This document shows, piece by piece, positions 1 to 10,324 of a stretch of 64,000 nt of DNA. The notes under the pieces are model-generated. The model made no database searches. It saw only the letters and a list, made by a program, of their open reading frames with translations, and was not told the DNA's origin. The translations under genes and the position numbers were made by a program. Location: positions 172,653 through 236,652 of the IMG/VR virus record IMGVR_UViG_3300028384_001500; one strand, given 5' to 3'. Positions within the stretch are counted from its first letter, which is position 1. Each line of letters begins with the position of its first letter.

Positions 1-18
1 ATGATCTAAAAATCCCAT
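1..18 (-). CDS. 5' end of a gene running off the window (MGFLDH...), probable virion protein
   Basis: ATG at 18-16, GGAG SD at 25-28, ATAATTATA motif at 40-48; N-terminus resembles MGILDK of 9226..10281. Only 6 codons visible. Confidence 0.4.
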
Positions 19-39
19 GTAATTCTCCGGTTATTTTTG

Positions 40-48
40 TATAATTAT
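40..48 (-). promoter_or_regulatory. ATANTTATA putative late-promoter motif
   Basis: ATAATTATA on the minus strand, about 22 nt upstream of the ATG at 18; the motif recurs before other genes. Confidence 0.4.
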
Positions 49-76
49 ATGTTTAATTATCAGCGTAGTAAATTTT

Positions 77-2164
77 TTATTCAACACCGTATTGAAAACT
101 TACATTTTTATCAGAAAAGTTTGCCGGACTTACTTCAAAAAAGTTTTCACCTATTCCGTTAGGGCTAGCAAAGTTTTGTAATTTAATGTTGACAACTTGA
201 TCTTTTTGATTATCGACGTTAATTAGCTGCATTTTATACCTAGCTTTTTTAGGATCAATTGCTAATAAACCTAAATCAATTTCAGAAACTAGCTCGTTAT
301 TTAGATTGTTTAACCTCTTGTACTTGGTCACTTTATAATGATCCGGATCTAAAAATACATTAATTCTATCATAGCCACTTACTTTTATACAGTCTTCAAA
401 AGCGTCAACATTTAAAAGAATATTAGGGTAAGGCTTAGGGGCACCTTCCCTACTAATGACTTTTCTATGAACTCTATTTGTATATCTATCTCTTTCAACT
501 TGAAGCTGAGGCCCATAATTAGAACTCATTCCGTGTGCATCGACACAAGCAACAGTATATATTGGTTTTTCTCCTTCTTTATGAGTCATATCGACAAAAG
601 AAAGCCTAGGACCGTCCAATGTTTCTATACTTTCATCAATTGCAATCTCTGAAACTCCGCCTTTTATAATAGAATCGTCAAAGTTGTACTCTTTTAAAAG
701 TGTAAAAGGTTGACTGGTGCTAAATCTTTTAAATATTTGAAATCGCTTAATGTCTCTCTGCTTATTTAGCGGAAATTGCCAAGTTATTCTAGGTTTAATG
801 ACATCAAAGTCAAAAGTAATCCTCATTGAATTAGGAGGTGGTGGAGGTACTTTTTCAACGCAAGTTACGCCTGCCAATACGCCTTCAGACGCCATTAACA
901 TTGTAGCCAGCACATTTTGATTTAGTGAGCTGTCATCTTTATGTTCACTGCTAGCAATTACTTTAACGGAACACAAACTTCTAATTTTATAAAAATAACT
1001 ACCACCGTACCTTACATCATTATCAATCGCATATGTTGAACTGTGACCTTGAATAAAAAGACGATTAACAAAATTAACAGATTCATTAGGGAGTATTTCA
1101 TATTTTTCAATGATATATCCAACAAACTTAATCTCTGGGAATTTCTTTATGAATTCATTAATAAAACTCTGAGGCCCGGAAATTTCTTTTTGAGAAATTG
1201 CATCAACTTGCAAGTCATAATCAGCCTCTCCAAAAGTATTTGCCGGAGGAATAGAAGAAAGAATCTCAGACTTAATATCTCTAGAAAATTTTTCTAAACT
1301 TCTAATTTCGTCTTGGTAAACGTTGTCAGGAACTATAGTTGAATTTGAAATGACGTCTGCCATTAAAAGATTATTAAATTGAACAGAAAAAGATTGTTTT
1401 CCGATTGGGTCATTTGCAAAGTTGGCAATTTCTGGAGAGACGTCAGAAGGAGCCAAAGTATAACCCTCAGAAGCCATATTTGTCATAGCTTCAACAATTA
1501 GCTTCTTATCTGTACCTTCAAGCCCTCCCTTGTCTTTAAGAGTTGAATGCAAAAGTTCAGCTGATTCTTTTTGCGATAATCTTTCTGTTGGTAAGTCATA
1601 AAAAAACGCTGACCCCTTGAGAATAGAATAGATATTTGATTCTTTTCCTGTGTCTATTAATTCTACACCTGTAAATATCTCTGACGAGGTTGTTCCTTCT
1701 GCAACGATTTTATTTAAAGAGTTTTGAAAATCAAAGTCTAGCTGATTGATTGGTATTGTGTTTATTAGGCTATTTTCGACTTTAGGCGGCTTAATTTCAA
1801 TTTTAACGTATCTTGGTAATTTTTTATTTTTTACCTGATGAAATATATCTGCTGTATTACTTGCGTCTAAACTAACTAGTCTTTCGTTAAAGTTTTCTTT
1901 TCCATTTCTTACTCTTTCATCTCTAGTAAAATAATTATAAACAAAAGTTGCTTTTGCTGAAACAATTTCTGGTAAGTTTATTTTATCAGCTGGCCTACTA
2001 GTAAACGTGTCATAAGGCGTTGCCTTAGATCCGTAATTTTCTAATGCCAGTGCAACCAAGTCTTTCTCTAAATTATCAACAGTGCCTGCTATGCTAGGAG
2101 GTAAAACTTTTGCCTCACCTAAGTTTGAATTTACAGCTAATGTTTTGCTAAAATAAGTACTCAT
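77..2164 (-). CDS. Large virion structural protein with a possible fibronectin type III-like beta domain
   Basis: 695 aa ORF in the tail operon; PPPPPN...ITW...FQIFKR...YTVACVD pattern resembles Fn3. Confidence 0.5.
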   Translation of the reverse strand: MSTYFSKTLAVNSNLGEAKVLPPSIAGTVDNLEKDLVALALENYGSKATPYDTFTSRPADKINLPEIVSAKATFVYNYFTRDERVRNGKENFNERLVSLDASNTADIFHQVKNKKLPRYVKIEIKPPKVENSLINTIPINQLDFDFQNSLNKIVAEGTTSSEIFTGVELIDTGKESNIYSILKGSAFFYDLPTERLSQKESAELLHSTLKDKGGLEGTDKKLIVEAMTNMASEGYTLAPSDVSPEIANFANDPIGKQSFSVQFNNLLMADVISNSTIVPDNVYQDEIRSLEKFSRDIKSEILSSIPPANTFGEADYDLQVDAISQKEISGPQSFINEFIKKFPEIKFVGYIIEKYEILPNESVNFVNRLFIQGHSSTYAIDNDVRYGGSYFYKIRSLCSVKVIASSEHKDDSSLNQNVLATMLMASEGVLAGVTCVEKVPPPPPNSMRITFDFDVIKPRITWQFPLNKQRDIKRFQIFKRFSTSQPFTLLKEYNFDDSIIKGGVSEIAIDESIETLDGPRLSFVDMTHKEGEKPIYTVACVDAHGMSSNYGPQLQVERDRYTNRVHRKVISREGAPKPYPNILLNVDAFEDCIKVSGYDRINVFLDPDHYKVTKYKRLNNLNNELVSEIDLGLLAIDPKKARYKMQLINVDNQKDQVVNIKLQNFASPNGIGENFFEVSPANFSDKNVSFQYGVE

Positions 2165-2175
2165 TAATCATTCCT

Positions 2176-5100
2176 TTATTTGTCAAAGTCATCTGGAAGT
2201 AAAGAAACTGTAACAGAATAATTATATACTTCCGGAAAATTTTCATTAATTGATCTTGCATATTTCAAAATGGAAGAGTCTTTAGACTGACTCACACCAG
2301 CTACGTCTCTTAAATTAATTAAATTTTCATAAGCTCTACTAACTTTATCAGGTCTTTGAATTTTACTGGTAATGTGATGACTAATAGGATCATCAAATAT
2401 TTTAAAATTTGAGTCAAGTATAAAGTCTTTTTCGTTAACTAAGATTGAATACACTTTATCGAAAGACTTAGGTGAGATAACCTTTTTAAACCTATTTTCA
2501 AAAGAAAAAGGCAAAGACTGCTTAAGTATCTTTGTCAATCTAAAGACTTCACTTTTTAACTGAATATCAGACTCTGTGTTTGGATATAGTTTGCTTAAAA
2601 GTTCTAAGACCCTTAAGTATTCATCAGATATGTTTGCACCCAATGAACTTTCAGAAGTCATGTTAAAATTTATAGGTTGGGGCAGTAATAAAAAACTGTC
2701 TTCGTCAAAATTTAGACCGGTCGTTAACTTAGAGTACTCTTTTAAGACATAGTCAAACAAATGATTAATTAGCAAGTCTTTGTTTTTAAAAGCTTTTCCT
2801 GTGCCTACTTTTCCTGATCTTCCAGGTAAACCTGCCAACAAAGCTTTACCAAATCCTTTTTTTGTATTTTTAATTAGTCCACCACTTTCATTAATAAAAA
2901 CCCTAGAAACCTCCAGACTATTAAGAAGTTGATTAAATGTCATATCGTCTCTAAAATCTTTTAGATGCGATGATAATTCAAAATTATTAGGATTATAATC
3001 TAGTATGTTGGCACTGACGTCAAATACAAAGTTTTTTGGAAAAAAGCTATATTCCGGATAAAAATGGCTTTTCTTGTAAACACTAATACAAATAAAATTG
3101 CTATCTAAGTACCTAATATCATCTGTTTCTTGAAAAGCATTAAGTCGCAAAGATGATATCATTGAGTTTGTAATTCCTACATTTAATATTGATTTACTAC
3201 CTCTTTTTTCACTTTTTAAGAAGCCGTAACCTTGCTCACTTAATACTTTGCCCACCAGTCTATTCTTTTTTGCCAAAAATCTTATGTCTTTAGGAAAAAG
3301 AGACTCACTATTAGTTTCATAATTCTTTTGAAAAGAAGCTAGCATTAGGCTTGCTGTATCATCATTATTTAGAGTCAAAGAATCTTCGTACACTTTTAAC
3401 TTTTTTAGAGAAGATATTGCTAATAATGTCTTCTTAGGTATTGTTTTTTCACCTATGCTGGACACACTTCCTTCTATTGTATTAAGCGCATAAGATTTAG
3501 ACTTCTCTAAAGAGTTTGCATGAATATTAAATAATGAAACACAGTCTCTTATTCTTTTTTGTCTTATAAAAACGCGCTTGTAGAGGTCGTTAACAATATT
3601 TTTTGCAGAATCATAAGCTTCTTTCCCACCTGAAGACTCAAAAATATTGTTTAGTTCGTTTCCACGAAGTGCAGCAATAACAGCTTTTATTTGATTACTG
3701 TGTACTCCTAATGTTAACCCTCCATCGTCATCAGTTTTAGCCGTTGCTTGCAGCGTTAGTTTTAAAAGATTGTGAACATAAGAAAACCAAATTAAAGATC
3801 TTTGCACAGCAGAAAACTGAACTATTGACCCGGTAACGGCTGGGTTCTTTTTACCTCTAATTTTATCATCTTTATTTTCATCTTTAACAAAAAAAGAATT
3901 AATTCTTTCTTCTCCACTAGGTGTCCTATAAGGTATTGATCCTTGTTTTCCTACTGCTTCTGATAAATTGCGATTTTCACCTAAAATAATTTTTTTAATT
4001 GAATTTCTAAATAAAGTGTAAAAACCGTAACCTTTAGTGTTTGCAGAGTGATTATACCTGTAATTCCTTATTGTTCTTAAGCGTGCTCCTGGTGCAAAAG
4101 TTTCAGAGAAAACATTGTCTAATTTATTGTGATTCATTTTAATTTTTAGATTAGAATTACTCTTATCATCAACAGTGCTATTTAAGTATTTCCCTTGATT
4201 AATTGCACCACTAACTTTATTTTTATTAGTTAAGTCACCATCTTCTGCAAGTACAACTTTAAACTTTTCATTTGAATTGTGAAATTTTCTTTTTCCTACA
4301 CCGCCATTTCTATAATCAATGTTGCAAATATCTTTTAAAAAGTAATCTGCCAAGTCTTCACAGTAGTATTGCACAAATGCTGCAATCGTTTCAAAAACTT
4401 TTTCGGTCGGTGTGTTTCCTAAATCTTCTCTATTAATAATGCTTCTTTCATTGTCATTATTTTTTTGTCGGTTGCCTATATCAAAAACAAATCCCCAAAA
4501 CATACTAGCAAAAAGCTTTGTCATTTTATCAGGTGGAAGATCAGATAAGAATATTGACAAGAGTGGTATTTTGCTAATTTTTCTGTCATCATAATCTTCT
4601 AACATTGCTTTTAAATCGTCAGCCAGCGCATTATTCATATCTTGCAAATAAGTGACAACTGAATTATTTTTAAGATAGCTGAAATTTGTCATTCCTTTGG
4701 TGCTATTTAAGGCCACCTGACTATCTGGAATCATTGTGAGAATGTCAGATTGCAATGATTTTGATAATGACTTATAAGTAGAAGTAAAGTTATTAATATC
4801 AGAAAAGTCTATGTTGTTGTTAGTGTTGTTAGAAATGCCTGACGCAACTATAGGGTTTTCAATAAAAAACTGAGTCGCCGGAATCAATCCTTTGCCATTT
4901 TTGTTCACTTCTTTTTTTGTCGACTCAATCGGAGAATAAAAAACACTGTTGTTAATTTCTGAAGACCCTGCCTGATTTTTTTCTTTTACACCTGCTATCT
5001 GTGCACCAAATATTCCAAACCCTTGTAAACTTTCATTAAAATCAGGAAGCCCTGTCCTTTGGATGTTATTGTCATCATTATCTACGCTTATTATGCTGTT

Positions 5101-6447
5101 TGGTACCCCTAAAACATCGCTAAGATAACTTCTAATTAAACCAGGATTGTTTGATCCGTAGTTGTTTCTTATCTGCAACTTACTGTTTACATTGTTAGTA
5201 CTACAAACAAAGCTAATGTAATCATACGATAACGCAGCTAGCAGCTCATTAATACTCGTAGTTTTATCAGAAACAGAATCACCTGCTGCATCAGATATTT
5301 TACCAAATACAGAATTTAAAAATGAATATGACATTGGTTTATGATCAATTTGCAAACCTAGAGTTTTATATTCGTTGCTTAGTCCAGATTTTGCACCTGC
5401 AAACATACTTCTTAAATTAATTTGCTTAAGCTCAGATATGGCCTCTTCTAGATCACCCTCAATTCCATATCTAATTTCTCCCGGATCAACTTCTAAATAA
5501 CCGTCATCTAAAGATGTTGCAGTTTCTAAGACAGTGCTAGAATCTTTTAACAATATTAAGCTGGCCAGTTGGGACAATGTATTTGCAAACATATCAGTGT
5601 CAGAGTTAAGCCCAGATCGATATAGGCTTAATAAACTCTTAGGGATATTTGATTCATTATTAAGTAATGTCTCAGCTGAAGCGTATGCACGCTTAAGTGC
5701 ATTTTCATCAAAAGCATTTGCTTGATCAAATGATTCGTTTTTATAAAAATTTTCTATGGACCAAACAGAAGACAAATATTCGTCAATTGATGAAACCCTA
5801 CCCACATACTTAATAATTTCCTCAATTATGTTTTCATAGATAATATACTCTATCATTCCTAGAAAAAACGGGTGATTTGTATTTCTATTTACAATATCTT
5901 TTGTACTTTGCGTTGCTTGTTCTTTTAAGGATGTGGTTATATTTTTAAAAGTTTTCTGTATATCTTCGTCAGCGTCGTTATCAAAATTTAAAGCTACTAT
6001 ATTTTTTACTTCTTGGATAAAAGATTTTTCACTTAACTCTGGATACATTTTATTTAAAACTAATTCAGCAGTTTGAATTATATATTCCCTTATTTGGCGA
6101 TGAAGCTCCATCAATCTTGCAACATTAGTTACAGACACCTGTTTTCCATCACCTAAATTATAATTTATAGTATTTTTATTTGTATCGTCTAGATCACCAG
6201 TTGCAAAAGGAATGAATTCAGAAATGCCGACAATTTCAGATCTTAACATATTTAGGCCTTTACTTTGGAGCCTAACATATCTTACTGTTGTGTCTTCATC
6301 AGTAAATGCGATAGCGCCTTCTTTTGTTTGGGGTGGGCGATCTTGATACTCTTTAAGCGATACTATCATTTTTCCCATTGAGGCTGGAATTTTAACTTCC
6401 TGATTTGTACTTAAACTAATTTTTGATTTATTAAGTTTTAATGGCAT
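2176..6447 (-). CDS. Very large hypothetical protein, probably virion-associated
   Basis: 1423 aa ORF co-oriented and closely packed in the tail/baseplate block; no recognisable catalytic motif. Confidence 0.5.
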   Translation of the reverse strand: MPLKLNKSKISLSTNQEVKIPASMGKMIVSLKEYQDRPPQTKEGAIAFTDEDTTVRYVRLQSKGLNMLRSEIVGISEFIPFATGDLDDTNKNTINYNLGDGKQVSVTNVARLMELHRQIREYIIQTAELVLNKMYPELSEKSFIQEVKNIVALNFDNDADEDIQKTFKNITTSLKEQATQSTKDIVNRNTNHPFFLGMIEYIIYENIIEEIIKYVGRVSSIDEYLSSVWSIENFYKNESFDQANAFDENALKRAYASAETLLNNESNIPKSLLSLYRSGLNSDTDMFANTLSQLASLILLKDSSTVLETATSLDDGYLEVDPGEIRYGIEGDLEEAISELKQINLRSMFAGAKSGLSNEYKTLGLQIDHKPMSYSFLNSVFGKISDAAGDSVSDKTTSINELLAALSYDYISFVCSTNNVNSKLQIRNNYGSNNPGLIRSYLSDVLGVPNSIISVDNDDNNIQRTGLPDFNESLQGFGIFGAQIAGVKEKNQAGSSEINNSVFYSPIESTKKEVNKNGKGLIPATQFFIENPIVASGISNNTNNNIDFSDINNFTSTYKSLSKSLQSDILTMIPDSQVALNSTKGMTNFSYLKNNSVVTYLQDMNNALADDLKAMLEDYDDRKISKIPLLSIFLSDLPPDKMTKLFASMFWGFVFDIGNRQKNNDNERSIINREDLGNTPTEKVFETIAAFVQYYCEDLADYFLKDICNIDYRNGGVGKRKFHNSNEKFKVVLAEDGDLTNKNKVSGAINQGKYLNSTVDDKSNSNLKIKMNHNKLDNVFSETFAPGARLRTIRNYRYNHSANTKGYGFYTLFRNSIKKIILGENRNLSEAVGKQGSIPYRTPSGEERINSFFVKDENKDDKIRGKKNPAVTGSIVQFSAVQRSLIWFSYVHNLLKLTLQATAKTDDDGGLTLGVHSNQIKAVIAALRGNELNNIFESSGGKEAYDSAKNIVNDLYKRVFIRQKRIRDCVSLFNIHANSLEKSKSYALNTIEGSVSSIGEKTIPKKTLLAISSLKKLKVYEDSLTLNNDDTASLMLASFQKNYETNSESLFPKDIRFLAKKNRLVGKVLSEQGYGFLKSEKRGSKSILNVGITNSMISSLRLNAFQETDDIRYLDSNFICISVYKKSHFYPEYSFFPKNFVFDVSANILDYNPNNFELSSHLKDFRDDMTFNQLLNSLEVSRVFINESGGLIKNTKKGFGKALLAGLPGRSGKVGTGKAFKNKDLLINHLFDYVLKEYSKLTTGLNFDEDSFLLLPQPINFNMTSESSLGANISDEYLRVLELLSKLYPNTESDIQLKSEVFRLTKILKQSLPFSFENRFKKVISPKSFDKVYSILVNEKDFILDSNFKIFDDPISHHITSKIQRPDKVSRAYENLINLRDVAGVSQSKDSSILKYARSINENFPEVYNYSVTVSLLPDDFDK

Positions 6448-6451
6448 GCTT

Positions 6452-9223
6452 TTACTCTATAATTTGTGCTGTTACTAGTCTTGGTAACAATATTCTTCCC
6501 GACTTAAGAAAAGGAACAACATAGTATTCTATTACGCCTTGTGCACCTGCGTGTTCAATTAAGTAAGAATAGCTTTTAGTTCTTTGATAATTGTCATTAC
6601 TATGCGCTGCTCCATCTAAATATACATTGTTTCCTTCTTTAATAAAAACTGCATAAAAATCAACGACTGAATCACCCTCAACGTCAAAGCTTAAATCATA
6701 GTATTTTTTTGTAATAGAATTATAGGATTCTCTTTCAATTAAGGCGTGTTGAATTTCTAATATATCTCCGTTTAATAAAGTAACATCTGTTCCTGAAGTA
6801 CTTCTATTACTGCCTCCCACTTCAATATAAGCTATGTCACCTGTGGAAGAGTCAGCAAATATGTCTGCACCGTTATTTTGAACTATTTTCTTAGGGTCTC
6901 TAATTAAGCCTTTTTTGAAAACTTGTCTGTCATTAAACTTGTTTCTTTTTGCTGAGAAAACTTTATCGTTTCTATTTCTTGCATTTGATCTTGCAGCAGC
7001 TGAGACAAAATTAACAGACTTTGATATCGTATATTTTGCGAGAGAGTTTAATTGTGCATTAATACTATCAATTGCTTCGCTAGCTGGTTTAACTCTAGGT
7101 ATTAGTTTATAAGTAACATCAGACAACAAAGGAGCCTCTTTATCTTCAAAAAAGCACATTCCTGATTCATTAGCAGTTACTTTTCCTATTGTTTTAGAGT
7201 CACCTGTGTCGTTGTCGATTCTTTGTATTTCAATAGAATAAACTAAACCTTGCGCATCTTTTACTTTTTTAAGTTCATCACTAAATATGTCAAAAAGGTT
7301 TCCAAACATGTTTTTAATGACTTTATCTATTTCATTTTCAATTTTTTCAATTTTAAAACTTATCGATATGCTTCTCGTAGGTTGTTCAAAGACATCTCTA
7401 GTAAAACTTTCTAAACTATCAAAAGACTCATCTATAACATTAGTGTCAGATATTAATACTGTCTCAGTTCTGGCTTCAAACTTTTCGATAAAATAGTCTG
7501 AAGCCAATTTTCTTTCTCCGTTTGACATTATACATTCTACAACATACATGTATGCTTTTCCCTCAAAGACATCACTATCAAAAAAGCTAATATTTTGTTT
7601 TCCTGAGGTTTTTTCTAGATAACTAAAGTCGTTATTATTTCCTTCCAAATCTTTAGTTGTTAAAAGTTTGCCTTTTGCTGATCCCTTAAATCTGTATTTT
7701 TTTAAACAAACAGCAGCTATATTTTCTGATATATCGTAAATATTAACATTAAATCCACGCCCACTTTCATCAATTTTTGCAATTAATTTTAAACTTGGAA
7801 AGTTCAAAGATCTTCTATTTCCTGACATGCTTTTACTTGATATTGACTTTGAATTTTGATATTGCTTGTCTCTGTAATTTAATGTTGATCGATAGAATAT
7901 TGATGATGACCTATTAAAGTTAATAGGTTGTCTAGGGTTAGCATCTACAACCCCGTCATTTAAAGTAGCAGTGTTTTTTGGAAAAACACCTATATTGCTA
8001 GCTATTTTTTTATAAAAAGAATCTAGCTTACCTTGTGATCTATTAATAGTTTTAGCTTCAATGTCAATACTTGCATAGTTTTTATTGTCTAAGTTAGAAA
8101 CTGTGAGTTTAGAAACACCTGTAGGTTTTCTTAAAGTTGAAAGTTTAACAATAGTACTTTGCTCTTTTACTTGGTCAGTTAGCGCTTTGACGCTAAAAGG
8201 TACAGATTGAGCTTGAATATTTAAACCGCCTAATGATTTAGCTATAAAAAGAATATAACCGTTTTTTCCAATTTTTAGCAGTTCGTCCTTACTAATAGAA
8301 CCTACTATTTCAATAATTTTATAATTCTCAGTTTTTTCTACTTTACTAAATTGATATTTCTGACCAGATAAAAGATTAATCTCTTCAACAAGAGTGTTGT
8401 TTATGTCTTTAAAAAATGCCGGAACTTTAATTGTTGTATTTTTAATTCCTTTTCTTTCTTGATTAAAAGACCTTTTACCTATCGGATTTTCGTAATATCT
8501 AATAGGATCGATATCACTATCAATTAAATTATTGTACGTGTTTAAAAAAGTATCTAAATTAGATCCTCGAGATCTTTTAATATTTTGATCTATTCTGTCG
8601 TCCAAAGATTTAATTTGTAGAACTTTTTTATTACTACTTAAAGTATTTGTTAGTTTTGCGCGAGCAATATTAAAAGATCCAATTTTTTTTGCGCTTTCAT
8701 ATATATCGTTGTTTTTTGATAGCATAAAATTAGCGCTGTTTCTAGAACTTCTAACTAGTGCTTTAGTATCTAAAATTACTTTTGAATTGACTCCAGATGT
8801 CAACCTGTTCTTATTAGATATTTTGTTTTTTTCTTTTTTTTCTCTTGCTCTTCGCCTTCTCTCTTTTCTTCTTTGTTGTCTTTTTGATGATTCTAAAAAT
8901 GACTTAGTTGTATTATCTTTTGTTTGAGCGTCAACTTCTTTATCAAGAATATTAGCGGCAACGACATTTGTCTGAGTCATTTTTCCTAATGTTCTGTAAT
9001 AAGATAAATCTTTTGAAGATAAACGTGCATCAATTTTTTCACATTCAACTTCATTAATGGTATCAAGATTAATTCTGCAAAATAATTTAATAGTCAGTAT
9101 TGACTTATCTCTACCATCTCTGTCTTTTACAATGTTTTCTTTAAGAATACGTGGCTGCAACTTGTCATTGCTATTTTCGTTTGCTAAAATTTTATATTTT
9201 TTAATTGGGTTTCTAATAAACAT
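6452..9223 (-). CDS. Large hypothetical virion protein with a basic tract and beta-rich domains
   Basis: 923 aa ORF; KRQQRRKERRRRAREKKEK tract; Fn3-like strands such as YMYVVECIMSNG. Confidence 0.5.
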   Translation of the reverse strand: MFIRNPIKKYKILANENSNDKLQPRILKENIVKDRDGRDKSILTIKLFCRINLDTINEVECEKIDARLSSKDLSYYRTLGKMTQTNVVAANILDKEVDAQTKDNTTKSFLESSKRQQRRKERRRRAREKKEKNKISNKNRLTSGVNSKVILDTKALVRSSRNSANFMLSKNNDIYESAKKIGSFNIARAKLTNTLSSNKKVLQIKSLDDRIDQNIKRSRGSNLDTFLNTYNNLIDSDIDPIRYYENPIGKRSFNQERKGIKNTTIKVPAFFKDINNTLVEEINLLSGQKYQFSKVEKTENYKIIEIVGSISKDELLKIGKNGYILFIAKSLGGLNIQAQSVPFSVKALTDQVKEQSTIVKLSTLRKPTGVSKLTVSNLDNKNYASIDIEAKTINRSQGKLDSFYKKIASNIGVFPKNTATLNDGVVDANPRQPINFNRSSSIFYRSTLNYRDKQYQNSKSISSKSMSGNRRSLNFPSLKLIAKIDESGRGFNVNIYDISENIAAVCLKKYRFKGSAKGKLLTTKDLEGNNNDFSYLEKTSGKQNISFFDSDVFEGKAYMYVVECIMSNGERKLASDYFIEKFEARTETVLISDTNVIDESFDSLESFTRDVFEQPTRSISISFKIEKIENEIDKVIKNMFGNLFDIFSDELKKVKDAQGLVYSIEIQRIDNDTGDSKTIGKVTANESGMCFFEDKEAPLLSDVTYKLIPRVKPASEAIDSINAQLNSLAKYTISKSVNFVSAAARSNARNRNDKVFSAKRNKFNDRQVFKKGLIRDPKKIVQNNGADIFADSSTGDIAYIEVGGSNRSTSGTDVTLLNGDILEIQHALIERESYNSITKKYYDLSFDVEGDSVVDFYAVFIKEGNNVYLDGAAHSNDNYQRTKSYSYLIEHAGAQGVIEYYVVPFLKSGRILLPRLVTAQIIE

Positions 9224-9225
9224 GC

Positions 9226-10281
9226 TTAATCCATTACGATTGTAAATATATTGACAAATGTGGGCGTATTAAAATCATCTAAAAAAGTTTTACCTACGTA
9301 GAATATTTGCTTTTGAATTCTTCCATTTTCATCTGATTCATCTTCAAATATTCCTGCGTCAACTATATCCAACTTTTGCATTGTTGGCCCTAAAGAATCT
9401 TCAAATAGCTGAATTAAAAGATTGTTTTCTGTTGACGTTTTGTTAAACCTTATAGTTTTGTTTTCTTTTTTAGACTGCTTAATATTAGGAAGCTTCCCAT
9501 TGATAAGTAGCTTTCTACTCTTTTTATTAATGCCTATTGCATTTTTTCTGATATCATTGTCATTTCCAAGAGGTGACATGTCTGATTCGCTAAAAACTTC
9601 ATAACCAATTCTAGCCTTAATATCATCCCATGTTTCTCTTGATCTAGATCTGATATCTGTATATGTACCATAGTTTGATCCATCTGTATTTACGGGAGGT
9701 AAAAACTGAAAATTTTCTAAGTGTGTAAGTTTTGGATCAATAAAAAAAGGATCAGCTTTATTAACATTTATTGTTTCTTTATAAGGGCTGCCGCCAAAAG
9801 GTTGCTCGTTATTGATTGTAAAAACTATCTCTGTATTATCAACTTCAAATTCATTGTTGTCTCTTTTATCGTTTGTCCCTATGAAGTAATTTTTTTTAAA
9901 ATGATTAAGCGAAGTGTCTAAAACAGAATTTTGCCCCACATCAAAACTACTGCCTGTTACAGCATTTAAACTTAGCTTTTGCGCGTTATTAGTGTCTTTT
10001 AGAAAAATATTGTTCCCAACAATAGATCCAGTCGGCGAAAAGTTAAAACTTATTAATTTTCCACTGTCATCTTTTTCTAAAACTATTGAGTTTTCTGGTC
10101 TTTCCATTACTTCAAAATAAAGTCTTTGTGATATATCATCTTTATGTGATTTGTCGTAAAATGCATTGCAGTCTGAAAGTGAAGCAAACTCAGCTTTAAG
10201 CTCTCCCGCAGCAATTTGGCGCTTACCTTCTTGTGTGACAACTAAGTCTATGAATCTTGTTTTTTTATCTAGAATTCCCAT
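9226..10281 (-). CDS. Phage structural protein (MGILD...DLVVTQEGKRQIA N-terminus)
   Basis: 351 aa ORF; AGGA SD; upstream ATAGTTATA motif; N-terminus of a type I recall from large-phage tail-region proteins (unverified). Confidence 0.5.
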   Translation of the reverse strand: MGILDKKTRFIDLVVTQEGKRQIAAGELKAEFASLSDCNAFYDKSHKDDISQRLYFEVMERPENSIVLEKDDSGKLISFNFSPTGSIVGNNIFLKDTNNAQKLSLNAVTGSSFDVGQNSVLDTSLNHFKKNYFIGTNDKRDNNEFEVDNTEIVFTINNEQPFGGSPYKETINVNKADPFFIDPKLTHLENFQFLPPVNTDGSNYGTYTDIRSRSRETWDDIKARIGYEVFSESDMSPLGNDNDIRKNAIGINKKSRKLLINGKLPNIKQSKKENKTIRFNKTSTENNLLIQLFEDSLGPTMQKLDIVDAGIFEDESDENGRIQKQIFYVGKTFLDDFNTPTFVNIFTIVMD

Positions 10282-10298
10282 ATTTGTTTCCTGTTAAC

Positions 10299-10307
10299 TA
10301 TAACTAT
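10299..10307 (-). promoter_or_regulatory. ATANTTATA putative late-promoter motif
   Basis: ATAGTTATA about 18 nt upstream of the ATG at 10281. Confidence 0.45.
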
Positions 10308-10324
10308 CTTGCCTATAAAAAACC

